From positions 421,455-485,454 of the forward strand of contig JAOAGT010000001.1 in the NCBI GenBank assembly GCA_026415615.1: 64,000 bases of DNA, written 5' to 3'. Under the pieces are notes generated by a model. That model was not told where the DNA came from. It did not search any database and saw only the letters and a program-made list of their open reading frames with translations. The position numbers and the translations under genes were made by a program. Below, piece by piece: positions 36,136-45,194 of this stretch. Each line of letters begins with the position of its first letter. Position 1 is the first letter of the stretch. This stretch comes from Thermoleophilia bacterium. GTDB taxonomy: Bacteria; Actinomycetota; Thermoleophilia; RBG-16-64-13.

Positions 36136-37686
36136 TTATTCGTGTGCGGGGTATTCCCCTCTTACAAAGGTAGCCCAGGCTACAATCCCTGAGAACAGGA
36201 TCACGCACCCGGCCACGATTAGGGAAAAGGTGACACCGTTGTGGACGGCGTCAAAAGCTGCGCCCACCACCTTGCCTACTATAGGTCCGTACAGGGCCTC
36301 TGCTTCTTCCACACTTGTACTACTTTGCCCAGTCAAAACCATGTTGATGATGTACTCCCGGTATTCAGGCGGGATTTCGAGCTCAATTAGTTTCTGAGTG
36401 AGAAACTCGATCAGGCGGGAGTTAAACAGCGAACCTAGGACCGCCACGCCCAACACTGTTCCTACCTCACGGCTGGTGGTGGTAGCAGAGGCGGCCATTC
36501 CCGAATGACGAGCTGGTACTGCGGAAAGCGCCACCGAGGTTATGGGTACTACCGCAATGCCGAATCCGATCCCCGAAACCGTCATGGCGAGCACCAGCGG
36601 GATATAGGCCACTTCGCCGGTCAAGGCTAGGTCAGTCAAAAGCACGCCAGCGCCGGCCAGAAAGCACCCTACTCCAACAGGAACTCGCGGACCGCTTGTA
36701 GCAACCCACTTACCGGCGAACGCCGAAGCGATGATCATGCCAAGGGCCATGGGCACAAACAAAGCAGTAATACGGAAAGCCGAGTAGCCCACCACGATCT
36801 GAAGATAAAGAGCGGTGAGGAAGAAAATCGAAAATACGCCAAAGTAGGTGGCTAGCCCCACTAGCAAGGAGCCTGAGAATGGGGGGCGCCTGAGGTAGTC
36901 AATGCGCAACATCGGGGCCTTGGCTTTTAGTTCAACGAAGCCAAAGATGATGGCGGCAACTATGCCCACGGCAAACAAGGTGAGCACGTGAGGCGCTGTA
37001 TATCCGGCGGACTCGCCCACGATGATGGCAAACACTACAGTGCCGAGCGCTACCGGCCCAAGAACATAACCGGCAAAATCAAAGCGCGCCGTCTCTGGGT
37101 CCGCACTTTCGGGAACCGAAGGCACAGAAATAGCCAGGATAAGAATGCCCGCGGCAAGGTTGAACCAGAAAATCGCAGGCCAGCCACCCAGTCCAACAAG
37201 CACCCCGCCGATCACCGGACCCATGGCCAAAGCAAAGCCGGCCACCGCGGCCCACAACCCCAAAGCTCTTGCGCGCTCAGCCTGATCGGGATAGACCTGG
37301 CGAATTATGGACAAAGTACCCGGCTCGCAGGCTGCGGCTCCCAGTCCCATGATGGCACGGGCAGCGATAAGGCATGGAATGTTTGGGGCAAGGGCGCCGA
37401 ACAGGGACCCGGCTATGAACACCACAAGACCGCCCAGCATCACGCGTTTTCTTCCTAGCCGGTCTCCGAGAGTGCCAAATGCCAGCATGAAGCTAGCAAA
37501 GACCAGGGCGTAAGCGTTTACGATCCACTGTAGGTCGCTTACGCTTGTGTGCAAGGTTGACTGCAGGTCGTAAAGACCCACGCTCAAAATGGTGGTGTCG
37601 AGAAAAGTAAGAAAAAGGATGGCGGTAAGAGTGATGAGCACTCTACGAGTACCCACCCGAAACTCAAGTGCATCCGCAAACGACAT
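36136..37686 (-). CDS. MFS transporter, 14-TMS DHA2 (EmrB/QacA-like) family
   Basis: 14 predicted TM helices with an MFS signature (GTLGDRLGRKRVML). Start moved to the ATG at 37686 (MSFADAL...) with an upstream GGGGG; the track's upstream TTG at 37725 is less likely. Confidence 0.75.
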   Translation of the reverse strand: MSFADALEFRVGTRRVLITLTAILFLTFLDTTILSVGLYDLQSTLHTSVSDLQWIVNAYALVFASFMLAFGTLGDRLGRKRVMLGGLVVFIAGSLFGALAPNIPCLIAARAIMGLGAAACEPGTLSIIRQVYPDQAERARALGLWAAVAGFALAMGPVIGGVLVGLGGWPAIFWFNLAAGILILAISVPSVPESADPETARFDFAGYVLGPVALGTVVFAIIVGESAGYTAPHVLTLFAVGIVAAIIFGFVELKAKAPMLRIDYLRRPPFSGSLLVGLATYFGVFSIFFLTALYLQIVVGYSAFRITALFVPMALGMIIASAFAGKWVATSGPRVPVGVGCFLAGAGVLLTDLALTGEVAYIPLVLAMTVSGIGFGIAVVPITSVALSAVPARHSGMAASATTTSREVGTVLGVAVLGSLFNSRLIEFLTQKLIELEIPPEYREYIINMVLTGQSSTSVEEAEALYGPIVGKVVGAAFDAVHNGVTFSLIVAGCVILFSGIVAWATFVRGEYPAHE

Positions 37687-37800
37687 GTGTCTAAACCCCC
37701 GAATGCAAGATAGCTGCTTGTGCAATTCTCACGTTACCAGCGGGGGAAAGGACTGACAATAGACCAAACCTCGAGCAGGACCGGTCAGCAGGAGTCGCTG

Positions 37801-38466
37801 CTACTCCAGCTCTTGCAGCCGGTCAAGGTCCACTCGCCGACCTATGACGGTAAGGATGTCGTCCCTATATAGCCGGCAGTCAGGCCCAGGGATGAATTCT
37901 ACCTCGCCAGACTCTGCCCGCTGCACAGCGATCACGTATGCGCCGTACCGGCTGCGCAGCTTCACCTCCATCAATGTCTGGCCATCGAAACTAGAAGGCA
38001 CCCGCCACTCTATGACTTCGTATTCCGCTCCCAAAGGCACGAAGTCAAGCAGGTTGGGGTTGGCAATGCGAGCTGCCAGGCGATGAGCGGTTTCCCGTTC
38101 CGGGAAAATAACCTCGTCTGCGCCAATTTGTCGCAAGACTACAGCGTGGTCGTCACTTAGCGCTTTTACTCGCACAAAGGGGACTCCAAGTCGTTTAAGG
38201 TACAAAGTGCACAGGATGCTCCCCTCGAGGTTTTCGCCCATGCTGACCACAGCTTCGTCTAGATCTTCCGGAAGCACGGAGGCTAGGGCGGTCTCGTCGC
38301 GAACATCAAGCGCTCGGGCATAGTGAACCCGCTCAGCCACTGCATCTACAAGTTCTGGGTCACGGTCAATGGCCAAAACTTCACAGTGACTCGCGAGGGC
38401 ACAGGCTAGTTCCCAGCCAAAATGCCCCAGACCAATTACGGCAACTCGTTTTTTGCGCTTGCTCAT
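37801..38466 (-). CDS. ktrA: K+ uptake regulatory subunit KtrA/TrkA (NAD-binding)
   Basis: TrkA-N Rossmann (VAVIGLGHFGWELACAL) plus a TrkA-C domain. 221 aa. Confidence 0.8.
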   Translation of the reverse strand: MSKRKKRVAVIGLGHFGWELACALASHCEVLAIDRDPELVDAVAERVHYARALDVRDETALASVLPEDLDEAVVSMGENLEGSILCTLYLKRLGVPFVRVKALSDDHAVVLRQIGADEVIFPERETAHRLAARIANPNLLDFVPLGAEYEVIEWRVPSSFDGQTLMEVKLRSRYGAYVIAVQRAESGEVEFIPGPDCRLYRDDILTVIGRRVDLDRLQELE

Positions 38467-38481
38467 AAAGTCAACACCTGC

Positions 38482-39897
38482 CTAGCCAATTGTGATTTTG
38501 GCCTCTGGAAAAGTCACTTGCGCGGGTCTGCGAAATGCAGCCAGAGAAGCGAGTGTTAGCGGACCCAAGCGCCCCACGTACATGGTAGCAATCAACCAGA
38601 GCTTAGCCCCCACGCTTAGCGTAGGGGTGATTCCGGTAGACAGCCCCACTGTACCAAAAGCGGAGATCTGTTCAAACAAAAGATCCTGAAGAGCGAGGTC
38701 TCCTTTTGCTCCCTCAAAATGGGAAAGCACCAGTAGGCCGACCAGGTTCCATAGCACGGAGAGAAAGACGAGCAGCTCGGCGCTTCGCACAGCAACGGGG
38801 TTGAGTCGCCACCCGCCAAGGACGGTGTCTCTGCGCCCAGTGACTAAACTGCGCAAGCGAGCACATAGCACCGCGGCCGAGGTGGTCTTGATTCCCCCGG
38901 CACACGAGCCCGGTGAGCCCCCGATAAACATCAACACTACTAACACTACAAGAGAGGCCAGCGGCAGAGCACCAATGGGGACGGTGTTAAAGCCGCACGT
39001 ACGTGCACTTACTGACTGGAAAAAGGCGGCGCTTACTTTCTCTCCCACCCCTTGCTCTTGGGGGGCAGCTCCAAACAAGAGCAATAGGCCTGCCCCGGCG
39101 ACAATGAGAATGAAGCTGGCGGCAAGAACAACCCGAGTGTGAAGCGAGAGACGGTTGCGCAAGGGCAAAGGCTCAGCAGCAGAAAAGCACGATCTGTTCC
39201 GACTTTTGGCCCGTCCATCAACAAACCAAAATCGGAACTTCTCACTGAGTTCAGCTAGCACAATGAAGCCGAGCCCCCCCAAGACTATGAGCAGGCTGAC
39301 AACCAAGAGAAACAAGTGGTTGTTTCTCGCGGCTTCAAGGTTGTTGGGATAGATGGAAAAACCCGCATTGCAAAAGGCCGAAACTGAGTGAAAAACCGCT
39401 GACCAGGCTGCCTTGCCCACGGAGTGTTTCGGGAGGAGAGTAAAGAAAAGAAGTACGGCCCCCAACATCTCGATGCTGAGCGCGAAGGTGAATACCTGGC
39501 GCAGTCTGGCTGAAAAGAGACGGCCGGTCTCTTGTTGGAACAGTGAGCTTTCAAGGGCGGCGCGCGTGCGCAGCGAGACGCGAAGGCTTATTAGGGAAAG
39601 GGCTAGGGCTGCGTAAGCCATTATCCCCAGACCGCCCAGCTGAATAAGAATGAGGATGACTGTTTGACCGCCGACGGTAAAGTCCGTGGCTGTGTTAACT
39701 GTAGTAAGCCCAGTGACGCACAGAGCCGAAGTAGAGGTAAACAGTGCGTCGACGTAGGAAACCGCTCCTGCTTGGTGCATAGGAGGGAGGGCAAGCAGCA
39801 AAGACCCGACCAGGATCAGCCCCAAGAATCCGCATAGGGGAATGAGCTCCGGAGCTGCCCAGAAAACTTGCGAAATGCGCTTTGCTAAGCGGCGCAC
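38482..39897 (-). CDS. ktrB: K+ transporter KtrB/TrkH family
   Basis: 471-aa polytopic membrane protein with repeated selectivity-filter-like glycine motifs (ITPTLSVGAKL, TVGLSTGIT). Confidence 0.8.
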   Translation of the reverse strand: MRRLAKRISQVFWAAPELIPLCGFLGLILVGSLLLALPPMHQAGAVSYVDALFTSTSALCVTGLTTVNTATDFTVGGQTVILILIQLGGLGIMAYAALALSLISLRVSLRTRAALESSLFQQETGRLFSARLRQVFTFALSIEMLGAVLLFFTLLPKHSVGKAAWSAVFHSVSAFCNAGFSIYPNNLEAARNNHLFLLVVSLLIVLGGLGFIVLAELSEKFRFWFVDGRAKSRNRSCFSAAEPLPLRNRLSLHTRVVLAASFILIVAGAGLLLLFGAAPQEQGVGEKVSAAFFQSVSARTCGFNTVPIGALPLASLVVLVVLMFIGGSPGSCAGGIKTTSAAVLCARLRSLVTGRRDTVLGGWRLNPVAVRSAELLVFLSVLWNLVGLLVLSHFEGAKGDLALQDLLFEQISAFGTVGLSTGITPTLSVGAKLWLIATMYVGRLGPLTLASLAAFRRPAQVTFPEAKITIG

Positions 39898-39933
39898 GAC
39901 CTGCTTGTTATCACTGCCTGGTCAAACTTGAGC

Positions 39934-40332
39934 CTACCGCGCAATCATGACGGGGACCTTCGCGTATCTGAGGACTCGCTCCGAGGTCGAACCGAGCAGC
40001 AGATTCGCAAAAGTACCGCGGCCGCGGCTTCCCATGAGAATCAAATCGGCGTGGTGCTCTTCGGCGGCATCAAGAATCCCCTGTGCGGGCAATGCATCGG
40101 GTACCGCTACGAGAGTAGGGATGCCCAGCTTGGCAAGTCTGTCAACCAACGGATTTACCAATCGTCTTACTTCGCTTGGCTTTGAGGTCTGGGGCATGTG
40201 GCCAAAAGCGTGGCAGACGATGATGGTTGAGTCGAATTTCTCGGCCAGTGTGATAGCAAGAGCCGCAGCCTTTTCAGAGTCCTCCGACCCGTCGTATGCA
40301 AGCAGGATCCTACGGAAACCTTTTTCTTCCAT
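39934..40332 (-). CDS. Universal stress protein (UspA family)
   Basis: 132 aa, [15 protein letters not shown]...MGSRGRG...GSTSERV. Confidence 0.8.
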   Translation of the reverse strand: MEEKGFRRILLAYDGSEDSEKAAALAITLAEKFDSTIIVCHAFGHMPQTSKPSEVRRLVNPLVDRLAKLGIPTLVAVPDALPAQGILDAAEEHHADLILMGSRGRGTFANLLLGSTSERVLRYAKVPVMIAR

Positions 40333-40391
40333 CGCCCCTCCAGCATGCCGAAACAGACATGCTCACTATAGCAGCAAGGTATACTTCCTAC

Positions 40392-41561
40392 ATGAGCCAG
40401 AATCAGAAGAATGAAACCACCGAACTCTACGGAACCGTCGCCATCCGGGAGAACCGGCTAGAGCGTTGGCCAAATCCCCAGCCGGAGAGGCCTTACCTCA
40501 TCTCGCTGGATATTCCGGAGTTTACCTGTCTTTGCCCGCGCTCGGGCTTTCCGGACTTTGCTTTGATCAAGATCCGCTACCAGCCCAAGGACTGGATAGT
40601 GGAGCTGAAGTCGCTCAAGCTCTACATCAACGGTTACCGCGATCGTCACATCTCCCACGAGGCGGCCGCTAACGAGATATTGAACGACCTCGTGGCCCTA
40701 CTTGAGCCCCGTTGGATGCGGGTTGTGGCGGATTTCAACGTGAGAGGCAACATAAAGACGGTGATACGGGTTGAGCACGGAGTTAGAGAGCGGGTGTCAA
40801 CGGAACCAAGCGCAGGAGAAAACCGTGGGGGGACTCAGTTCCAGGACAAAGACGCTAAGGGTGACCCCAAGGACGGCGTGGCGGACGGAGAGCCAATCGG
40901 CTTAACTCACTGCGTTCTTCTGAGCGGCGGACTTGATTCCACAACCCTTGTTGCCTGGGTCAAGAACCAACATCCTTCGGAACGCGTGGTGGCTTACACG
41001 TTTGTGTACGGACAAAAGCACGCGGTCGAAGTTGAGGCGGCTCAGTCGGTGGCCAACTATTACGGGATAGAGCATCATGTGGTGGAGATTCCGGTAATAC
41101 ACGGTTCTGCGCTCACCGAGCCACACATTCCTTTGCCAGAGGGGCGAGACCTTTCTAGGGTCTCGGGTGTGGCTCCCTCGTATGTGCCGGCTCGTAATCT
41201 TGTCTTTCTTGCACAGATGGCAGCTGTACAGGATGCCGTAGGGCCCGGGGTGCTATGGTTGGGCGTCCACTATGACGACCATACGGGATACCCGGACACT
41301 CGCCCGCAGTTCATCCAGGCGGTTGATCAAGCGGTGCGTCAAGGCACAAAGCATGCTCTAAGGGTGCAGGCGCCGTTTGTCACTTGGTCGAAGGCGCAGA
41401 TCATCCGCTGGGGTCTTGAGCACGGTGTGCCTTATGAACTCACTCATTCCTGCTACCAGGGCCTGCGTCCTGCGTGTGGGGTGTGTGACACCTGTCAAGC
41501 GAGGCTAAAGGCTTTCGCGGAAGCTGGTGCGCAGGATCCTATCCCTTACGCGGCAAGATGA
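40392..41561 (+). CDS. queF/queC: In-frame fusion: NADPH-dependent preQ0 reductase QueF (N-terminal) + 7-cyano-7-deazaguanine synthase QueC (C-terminal)
   Basis: The QueF part has catalytic [14 protein letters not shown] and the QueF motif ELKSLKLY. A Gly/Asp/Lys-rich linker of about 40 aa follows. The QueC part has the PP-loop [10 protein letters not shown] and the C-terminal Zn-site [16 protein letters not shown]. There is no stop between the two halves; start placed at the ATG at 40392. Confidence 0.75.
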   Translation: MSQNQKNETTELYGTVAIRENRLERWPNPQPERPYLISLDIPEFTCLCPRSGFPDFALIKIRYQPKDWIVELKSLKLYINGYRDRHISHEAAANEILNDLVALLEPRWMRVVADFNVRGNIKTVIRVEHGVRERVSTEPSAGENRGGTQFQDKDAKGDPKDGVADGEPIGLTHCVLLSGGLDSTTLVAWVKNQHPSERVVAYTFVYGQKHAVEVEAAQSVANYYGIEHHVVEIPVIHGSALTEPHIPLPEGRDLSRVSGVAPSYVPARNLVFLAQMAAVQDAVGPGVLWLGVHYDDHTGYPDTRPQFIQAVDQAVRQGTKHALRVQAPFVTWSKAQIIRWGLEHGVPYELTHSCYQGLRPACGVCDTCQARLKAFAEAGAQDPIPYAAR

Positions 41562-41920
41562 GAACTCGCGTCACAGTCTCTACGACCTTTGCTGCCGCTC
41601 ACCGTTTGCCTTCATACGAGGGGAAATGTTCTCGCCTTCACGGCCACACGTATGCCCTGGAGGTTACGGTGGAGGGTGTTCCGCAGCAGAGTGGACCAGC
41701 TGCTGGCATGGTCATGGACTTTGCCGAACTTAGGGACAAGGTCAACGAAATTGTTGTGCGGAAACTCGATCACCAACTGTTAAACGAACTGTTTGAGTTT
41801 GTCCCCACGACTGAGGCGCTTGCCGCTTGGATTTTCTCCCGGCTGCGCGAGGCGGGTCTTGCCGTAGCCAGGGTTCGCTTGGCGGAAAGCCCCAACTCTT
41901 ACGTCGAGGTCACCGACTAG
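41558..41920 (+). CDS. queD: 6-carboxy-5,6,7,8-tetrahydropterin synthase QueD
   Basis: 120 aa, PTPS fold with the CxxxHGH motif (CSRLHGHTY). Confidence 0.8.
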   Translation: MRTRVTVSTTFAAAHRLPSYEGKCSRLHGHTYALEVTVEGVPQQSGPAAGMVMDFAELRDKVNEIVVRKLDHQLLNELFEFVPTTEALAAWIFSRLREAGLAVARVRLAESPNSYVEVTD

Positions 41921-41961
41921 CTTACGCCGAAGTCATAGACTAGCTTTTCTGACTTTTTGCC

Positions 41962-42594
41962 ATGGCTACTTTGCGTGTGGCTGAGGTGTTCGAATCTGTC
42001 CAAGGCGAGGGCTGGTGGTCCGGCATGCCGATGACCTTTGTGCGCCTGGCCGGGTGTAATGCTCACGCTCTCGGTTTGTGGTGCACAGAGTGGTGTGATA
42101 CGTCGCGGGCGTGGGCGACTGAGGCTGCAAGCGAAACTAGCGCGGCAGCCGTGCTTGAACAAGTGCGGCTGCCGCGGCTGTGTCTTACCGGAGGCGAGCC
42201 CCTTCTACAGCCAGAGGGAGTGGTCGAGCTGGTCACTCTTGCCAAGGCACGGAATGTGAAAGTTCACCTGGAAACAAACGGTACGGTTAGTCCGCCCGAA
42301 TGTGCTTTCGACTGGGCTGTGGTTAGTCCTAAGCCGCCAGAATATCGGGTAGCGCCCGGCTGGGAGGGGCGGGTCCAGGAGCTCAAGATGATTGTTGATG
42401 ATTACTTGGATGTGGCGGTTGTTGAGCGTCTTGCTCGGTTATATCCGGAGGCGGTTGTTAGTATCCAACCGCTTTGGGCCGGGCCTGATTGTAGACACTC
42501 CGAGAAATACCACAAAAGGGCGGTACAGCTGGTCCTGGATCACCCGGTCTGGCGCCTTTCCCTGCAGATTCACAAGATGCTTGGACTTCCCTAA
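41962..42594 (+). CDS. queE: 7-carboxy-7-deazaguanine synthase QueE (radical SAM)
   Basis: QueE N-terminus VFESVQGEGWWSGMPMTFVRLAGC and a Cys cluster CNAHALGLWCTEWC with non-canonical spacing. Sits in the que cluster. Confidence 0.6.
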   Translation: MATLRVAEVFESVQGEGWWSGMPMTFVRLAGCNAHALGLWCTEWCDTSRAWATEAASETSAAAVLEQVRLPRLCLTGGEPLLQPEGVVELVTLAKARNVKVHLETNGTVSPPECAFDWAVVSPKPPEYRVAPGWEGRVQELKMIVDDYLDVAVVERLARLYPEAVVSIQPLWAGPDCRHSEKYHKRAVQLVLDHPVWRLSLQIHKMLGLP

Positions 42595-42650
42595 CCGGCG
42601 GGCTGTAATGGGCGCGGGGCCTCCTTAACAGGAAGCCCCGCGCAGCTCGC

Positions 42651-43793
42651 TCACAGATCAAAGAAATCGCGGCCCTTCTCAAGCCATTCTGTGATGGACA
42701 GTCTTTTGGCGCAACGTTGTTCGCAGAGGCCGCAGGCGTTGCACAGTTCGGGGTGAATATCCTCCTGGGCCAACAAGAACTTTGCGGTTTCTTTGTCTCC
42801 GTAGATGACAGCGTCGTTGTAAATCTCAAAAAAGCGCGGCACGTCGATGCCCACGGGGCAGGGCATACACGGCCGGCAAGAAGGACATGGGACAAGTTGC
42901 CTATTGCGGTAAGCGTCCCGAACTGCCCCCAAGGTGACCTCGTCGGCGATGGTGAGGCTCTTACTATCTGCTTCGTCGGCGATCCTCATGTCTTCTTGTA
43001 GTTGCTCGCGGCTACTTGCGTCAACCACAGCTACGGCTACTTCTGGCTGGTTCCACACAAACCGCAGCGCCCATTCCACGGGAGACCAGTCTCTGCCGGA
43101 TTGCCTCCATATCTGTCCGATCAGGTCCGGTGGGTTGGCGGCTAGTTGGCCTCTCTTGAGAGGATCGGTTACCACTACGGCTAGGCCCTTAGAGGCCGCT
43201 AAACGTAGTCCTGTAAGACCAGGGTCGTGTCCGACGTCCATGAAACTAAACTGGAAGCTGGCCAAGGTCCACCGGTCATAGGCTTCAAGGATCCCGCGCA
43301 AAATCTGGTAATGATCATGAAAAGAAAAGCCAGAATAGGCAAAGAGCCCTGAACTCTGCGCCGTTTCCATTTGCTCGAGAATGCCCAACTCTTGCAGTCT
43401 AGGCCAATTCTCGCGGGTCAGGCGCCCAAGCAGACAAAAGTCCACGCTGTCTAGCTCGAGAACACGGAGTTGGTCTGTAAGAAAACGGAGTAGGTCATCT
43501 TTGTTCTGCAGCTTAGCAGCTGGAGCAGTGAGGGCAAGCCGCACTCTGTCTCGATAACCGTCTTTCAGCGCCTCGCGGATGACTTGGGCGACCGGCTCGT
43601 ACCAGGCCTGATTCCACGGAAATCCCAGGTCAACGTAATTGACGCCATTATCAATGGCGCCGCGGATCAGGGCGACTGCTGCCTCCTGATCCACTGTTCC
43701 CCAGCCGCTGTCTTGTCTGCCCGGAAGTCTCATGACTCCCAAGCCAAGTACCGAAGCTTCCCAGTTTAGTTTTCCAAAAACGCGATACTTCAT
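42651..43793 (-). CDS. Aldo/keto reductase fused to a C-terminal Fe-S (ferredoxin-like) domain (COG1453-type)
   Basis: AKR barrel N-terminus (VFGKLNWEASVLGLGVMRL) and C-terminal cysteine clusters CPSCRPCMPCP ... CNACGLCEQRC. Confidence 0.7.
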   Translation of the reverse strand: MKYRVFGKLNWEASVLGLGVMRLPGRQDSGWGTVDQEAAVALIRGAIDNGVNYVDLGFPWNQAWYEPVAQVIREALKDGYRDRVRLALTAPAAKLQNKDDLLRFLTDQLRVLELDSVDFCLLGRLTRENWPRLQELGILEQMETAQSSGLFAYSGFSFHDHYQILRGILEAYDRWTLASFQFSFMDVGHDPGLTGLRLAASKGLAVVVTDPLKRGQLAANPPDLIGQIWRQSGRDWSPVEWALRFVWNQPEVAVAVVDASSREQLQEDMRIADEADSKSLTIADEVTLGAVRDAYRNRQLVPCPSCRPCMPCPVGIDVPRFFEIYNDAVIYGDKETAKFLLAQEDIHPELCNACGLCEQRCAKRLSITEWLEKGRDFFDL

Positions 43794-43814
43794 CTTGCTT
43801 GTGGTTCTCCTCGA

Positions 43815-43874
43815 TCAAAAAGAAGAAACTACGGGGCGGGCGCAGCCGCCCCTCTGGGCCGGCTGCGCCCGCCT
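43815..43874 (-). terminator. Rho-independent terminator downstream of the bicupin gene (minus strand)
   Basis: 14-bp stem GGCGGGCGCAGCCG / CGGCTGCGCCCGCC with an 11-nt loop; on the minus strand it is followed by TTTCTTCTTTTTGA. Confidence 0.65.
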
Positions 43875-43899
43875 CACTTCTGCCGATGTCGTTCAGTAG

Positions 43900-44880
43900 C
43901 TAGCAGTCGTCCTCTTCCTCAACCTCGACCCACGGAGAGGCATGCTCGCCGCTTAGGCACACGACCGAAAAAGCGTAGCGCTTGTCTACCCACCGAGTGA
44001 TTAGCGGCAGATGCGGGAACCCCTCCGGGCACACAGCGATGGTGGGAGTATTAAACACGTGGCGCTCCCGCTCCTTGCCCATGCCAAGCTCGAGCTCTGC
44101 CCCGAGGTACTCTAGGTTGTCCGGATCGAGCCCCAGGTAGCAGAGAATCTCAGCCTCCGGATGCACGTGTACCTCCCCGCCGCGGTGCCACTTGCCGCAC
44201 TGGGTGTACGTGCCCCAGCTGAAGTTTACGTTAAAGCCTTCCAGGTTGTCACCGAAAAGCCAGACGATTTCGTCGCCGTTGCCCGGCCCGACGCCTTTCT
44301 CAGCCGGATGGAGAATGCCGTCTTCGTCCATAATGTCGGCGTAAGTAGGCCCTTGCACCTGTTCGTCGCCGCTCATACTCTTCATGATGCTCTCGGTAAT
44401 CTGGCAACGGAGCGGCTTGATCAGATGGGCATACTTGTCGCCTTTGGTGGGCTCCACAGCTGGAAGTGTTTCTGCTTTGTACTCGGGATCAAGGGCGACA
44501 ATAAAGTGGGCAATGGGCCTGTCCACCCAGTGCACAGTGGCTGGACCGTGGGGCAAGCCCTTCGGAACGCACACGACTGTGGGCTTATGGAAGGTGTGGA
44601 CCTCGCCCTCCGGGCCAAGCTGGATAGAAATCTCCGCCTCCATACGACGGATGTCGCCGTCCTGATAACCGGCAAAAACAATGCACTCGTCGTACGGATG
44701 TACGACCATGCCCTCGATGGGATGGAGGGTGCCGGGCTCCTTGATAAAGCCGTAGCAGAACTGAGCGTTAAAGCCCTCCATGTCCTTGCCTTCCATCCAG
44801 ATCAGCTTCTGGGGATAAAGGCCGGGGGGGCTTTCACGGACGATGCATTTCTTGATGAGATGCGCGTACTTCTTGGGCAC
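43900..44880 (-). CDS. Hypothetical bicupin protein (internal tandem duplication of a cupin-like module)
   Basis: The two halves align: KKYAHLIKK...MEGFNAQFCYGF...VHPYDECIVFAGY...HTFHKPTVVCVPKGLPHGPATVHW versus DKYAHLIKP...LEGFNVNFSWGT...VHPEAEILCYLG...HVFNTPTIAVCPEGFPHLPLITRW. Strong RBS AAGGAGGAAG. Confidence 0.6.
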   Translation of the reverse strand: MPKKYAHLIKKCIVRESPPGLYPQKLIWMEGKDMEGFNAQFCYGFIKEPGTLHPIEGMVVHPYDECIVFAGYQDGDIRRMEAEISIQLGPEGEVHTFHKPTVVCVPKGLPHGPATVHWVDRPIAHFIVALDPEYKAETLPAVEPTKGDKYAHLIKPLRCQITESIMKSMSGDEQVQGPTYADIMDEDGILHPAEKGVGPGNGDEIVWLFGDNLEGFNVNFSWGTYTQCGKWHRGGEVHVHPEAEILCYLGLDPDNLEYLGAELELGMGKERERHVFNTPTIAVCPEGFPHLPLITRWVDKRYAFSVVCLSGEHASPWVEVEEEDDC

Positions 44881-45117
44881 TTTACTTCCTCCTTCTCTTC
44901 CGGTCGGCGAGACACCGAAAACTCGGGCTATCCGTACAAGGACATATTAGACTCTATCAGATACCAGTCTTGTCAAGGGGTATGTTTTGACGAACGGCAA
45001 CCCTCAGTTATGCCTTTCAGCACGCAGTTTTGGCCGTGCTAGTAGGAATACTACTTAGCGACTGTGTTGCGACAACGTCAACTTTTTCCGGGCCCCCAAT
45101 CTTGCTGCTGTCTAGTC

Positions 45118-45146
45118 TTGACTTGGCCGCGACCGGCGTGATAACT
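45118..45146 (+). promoter_or_regulatory. Candidate sigma-70 promoter (TTGACT-N17-ATAACT) for the URO-D/ABC operon
   Basis: Counted directly from the sequence, about 50 nt upstream of the ATG at 45195. Confidence 0.3.
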
Positions 45147-45194
45147 CTATGCAGCCTGGAACTTCTATCAACGGCTGATCCGAGAAGGGAGAGG

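Noticed and set aside
40333-40391. Possible preQ1 riboswitch upstream of queF
   Set aside because: Only a generic 6-bp hairpin was found. No preQ1-I or preQ1-II consensus (no A-rich tail after P1).
42595-42650. Hairpin GCGCGGGGC-N14-GCCCCGCGC between convergent queE and the AKR gene, as a bidirectional terminator
   Set aside because: No U-tract on either strand. Possibly a Rho-dependent or structural element, but not supportable as an intrinsic terminator.
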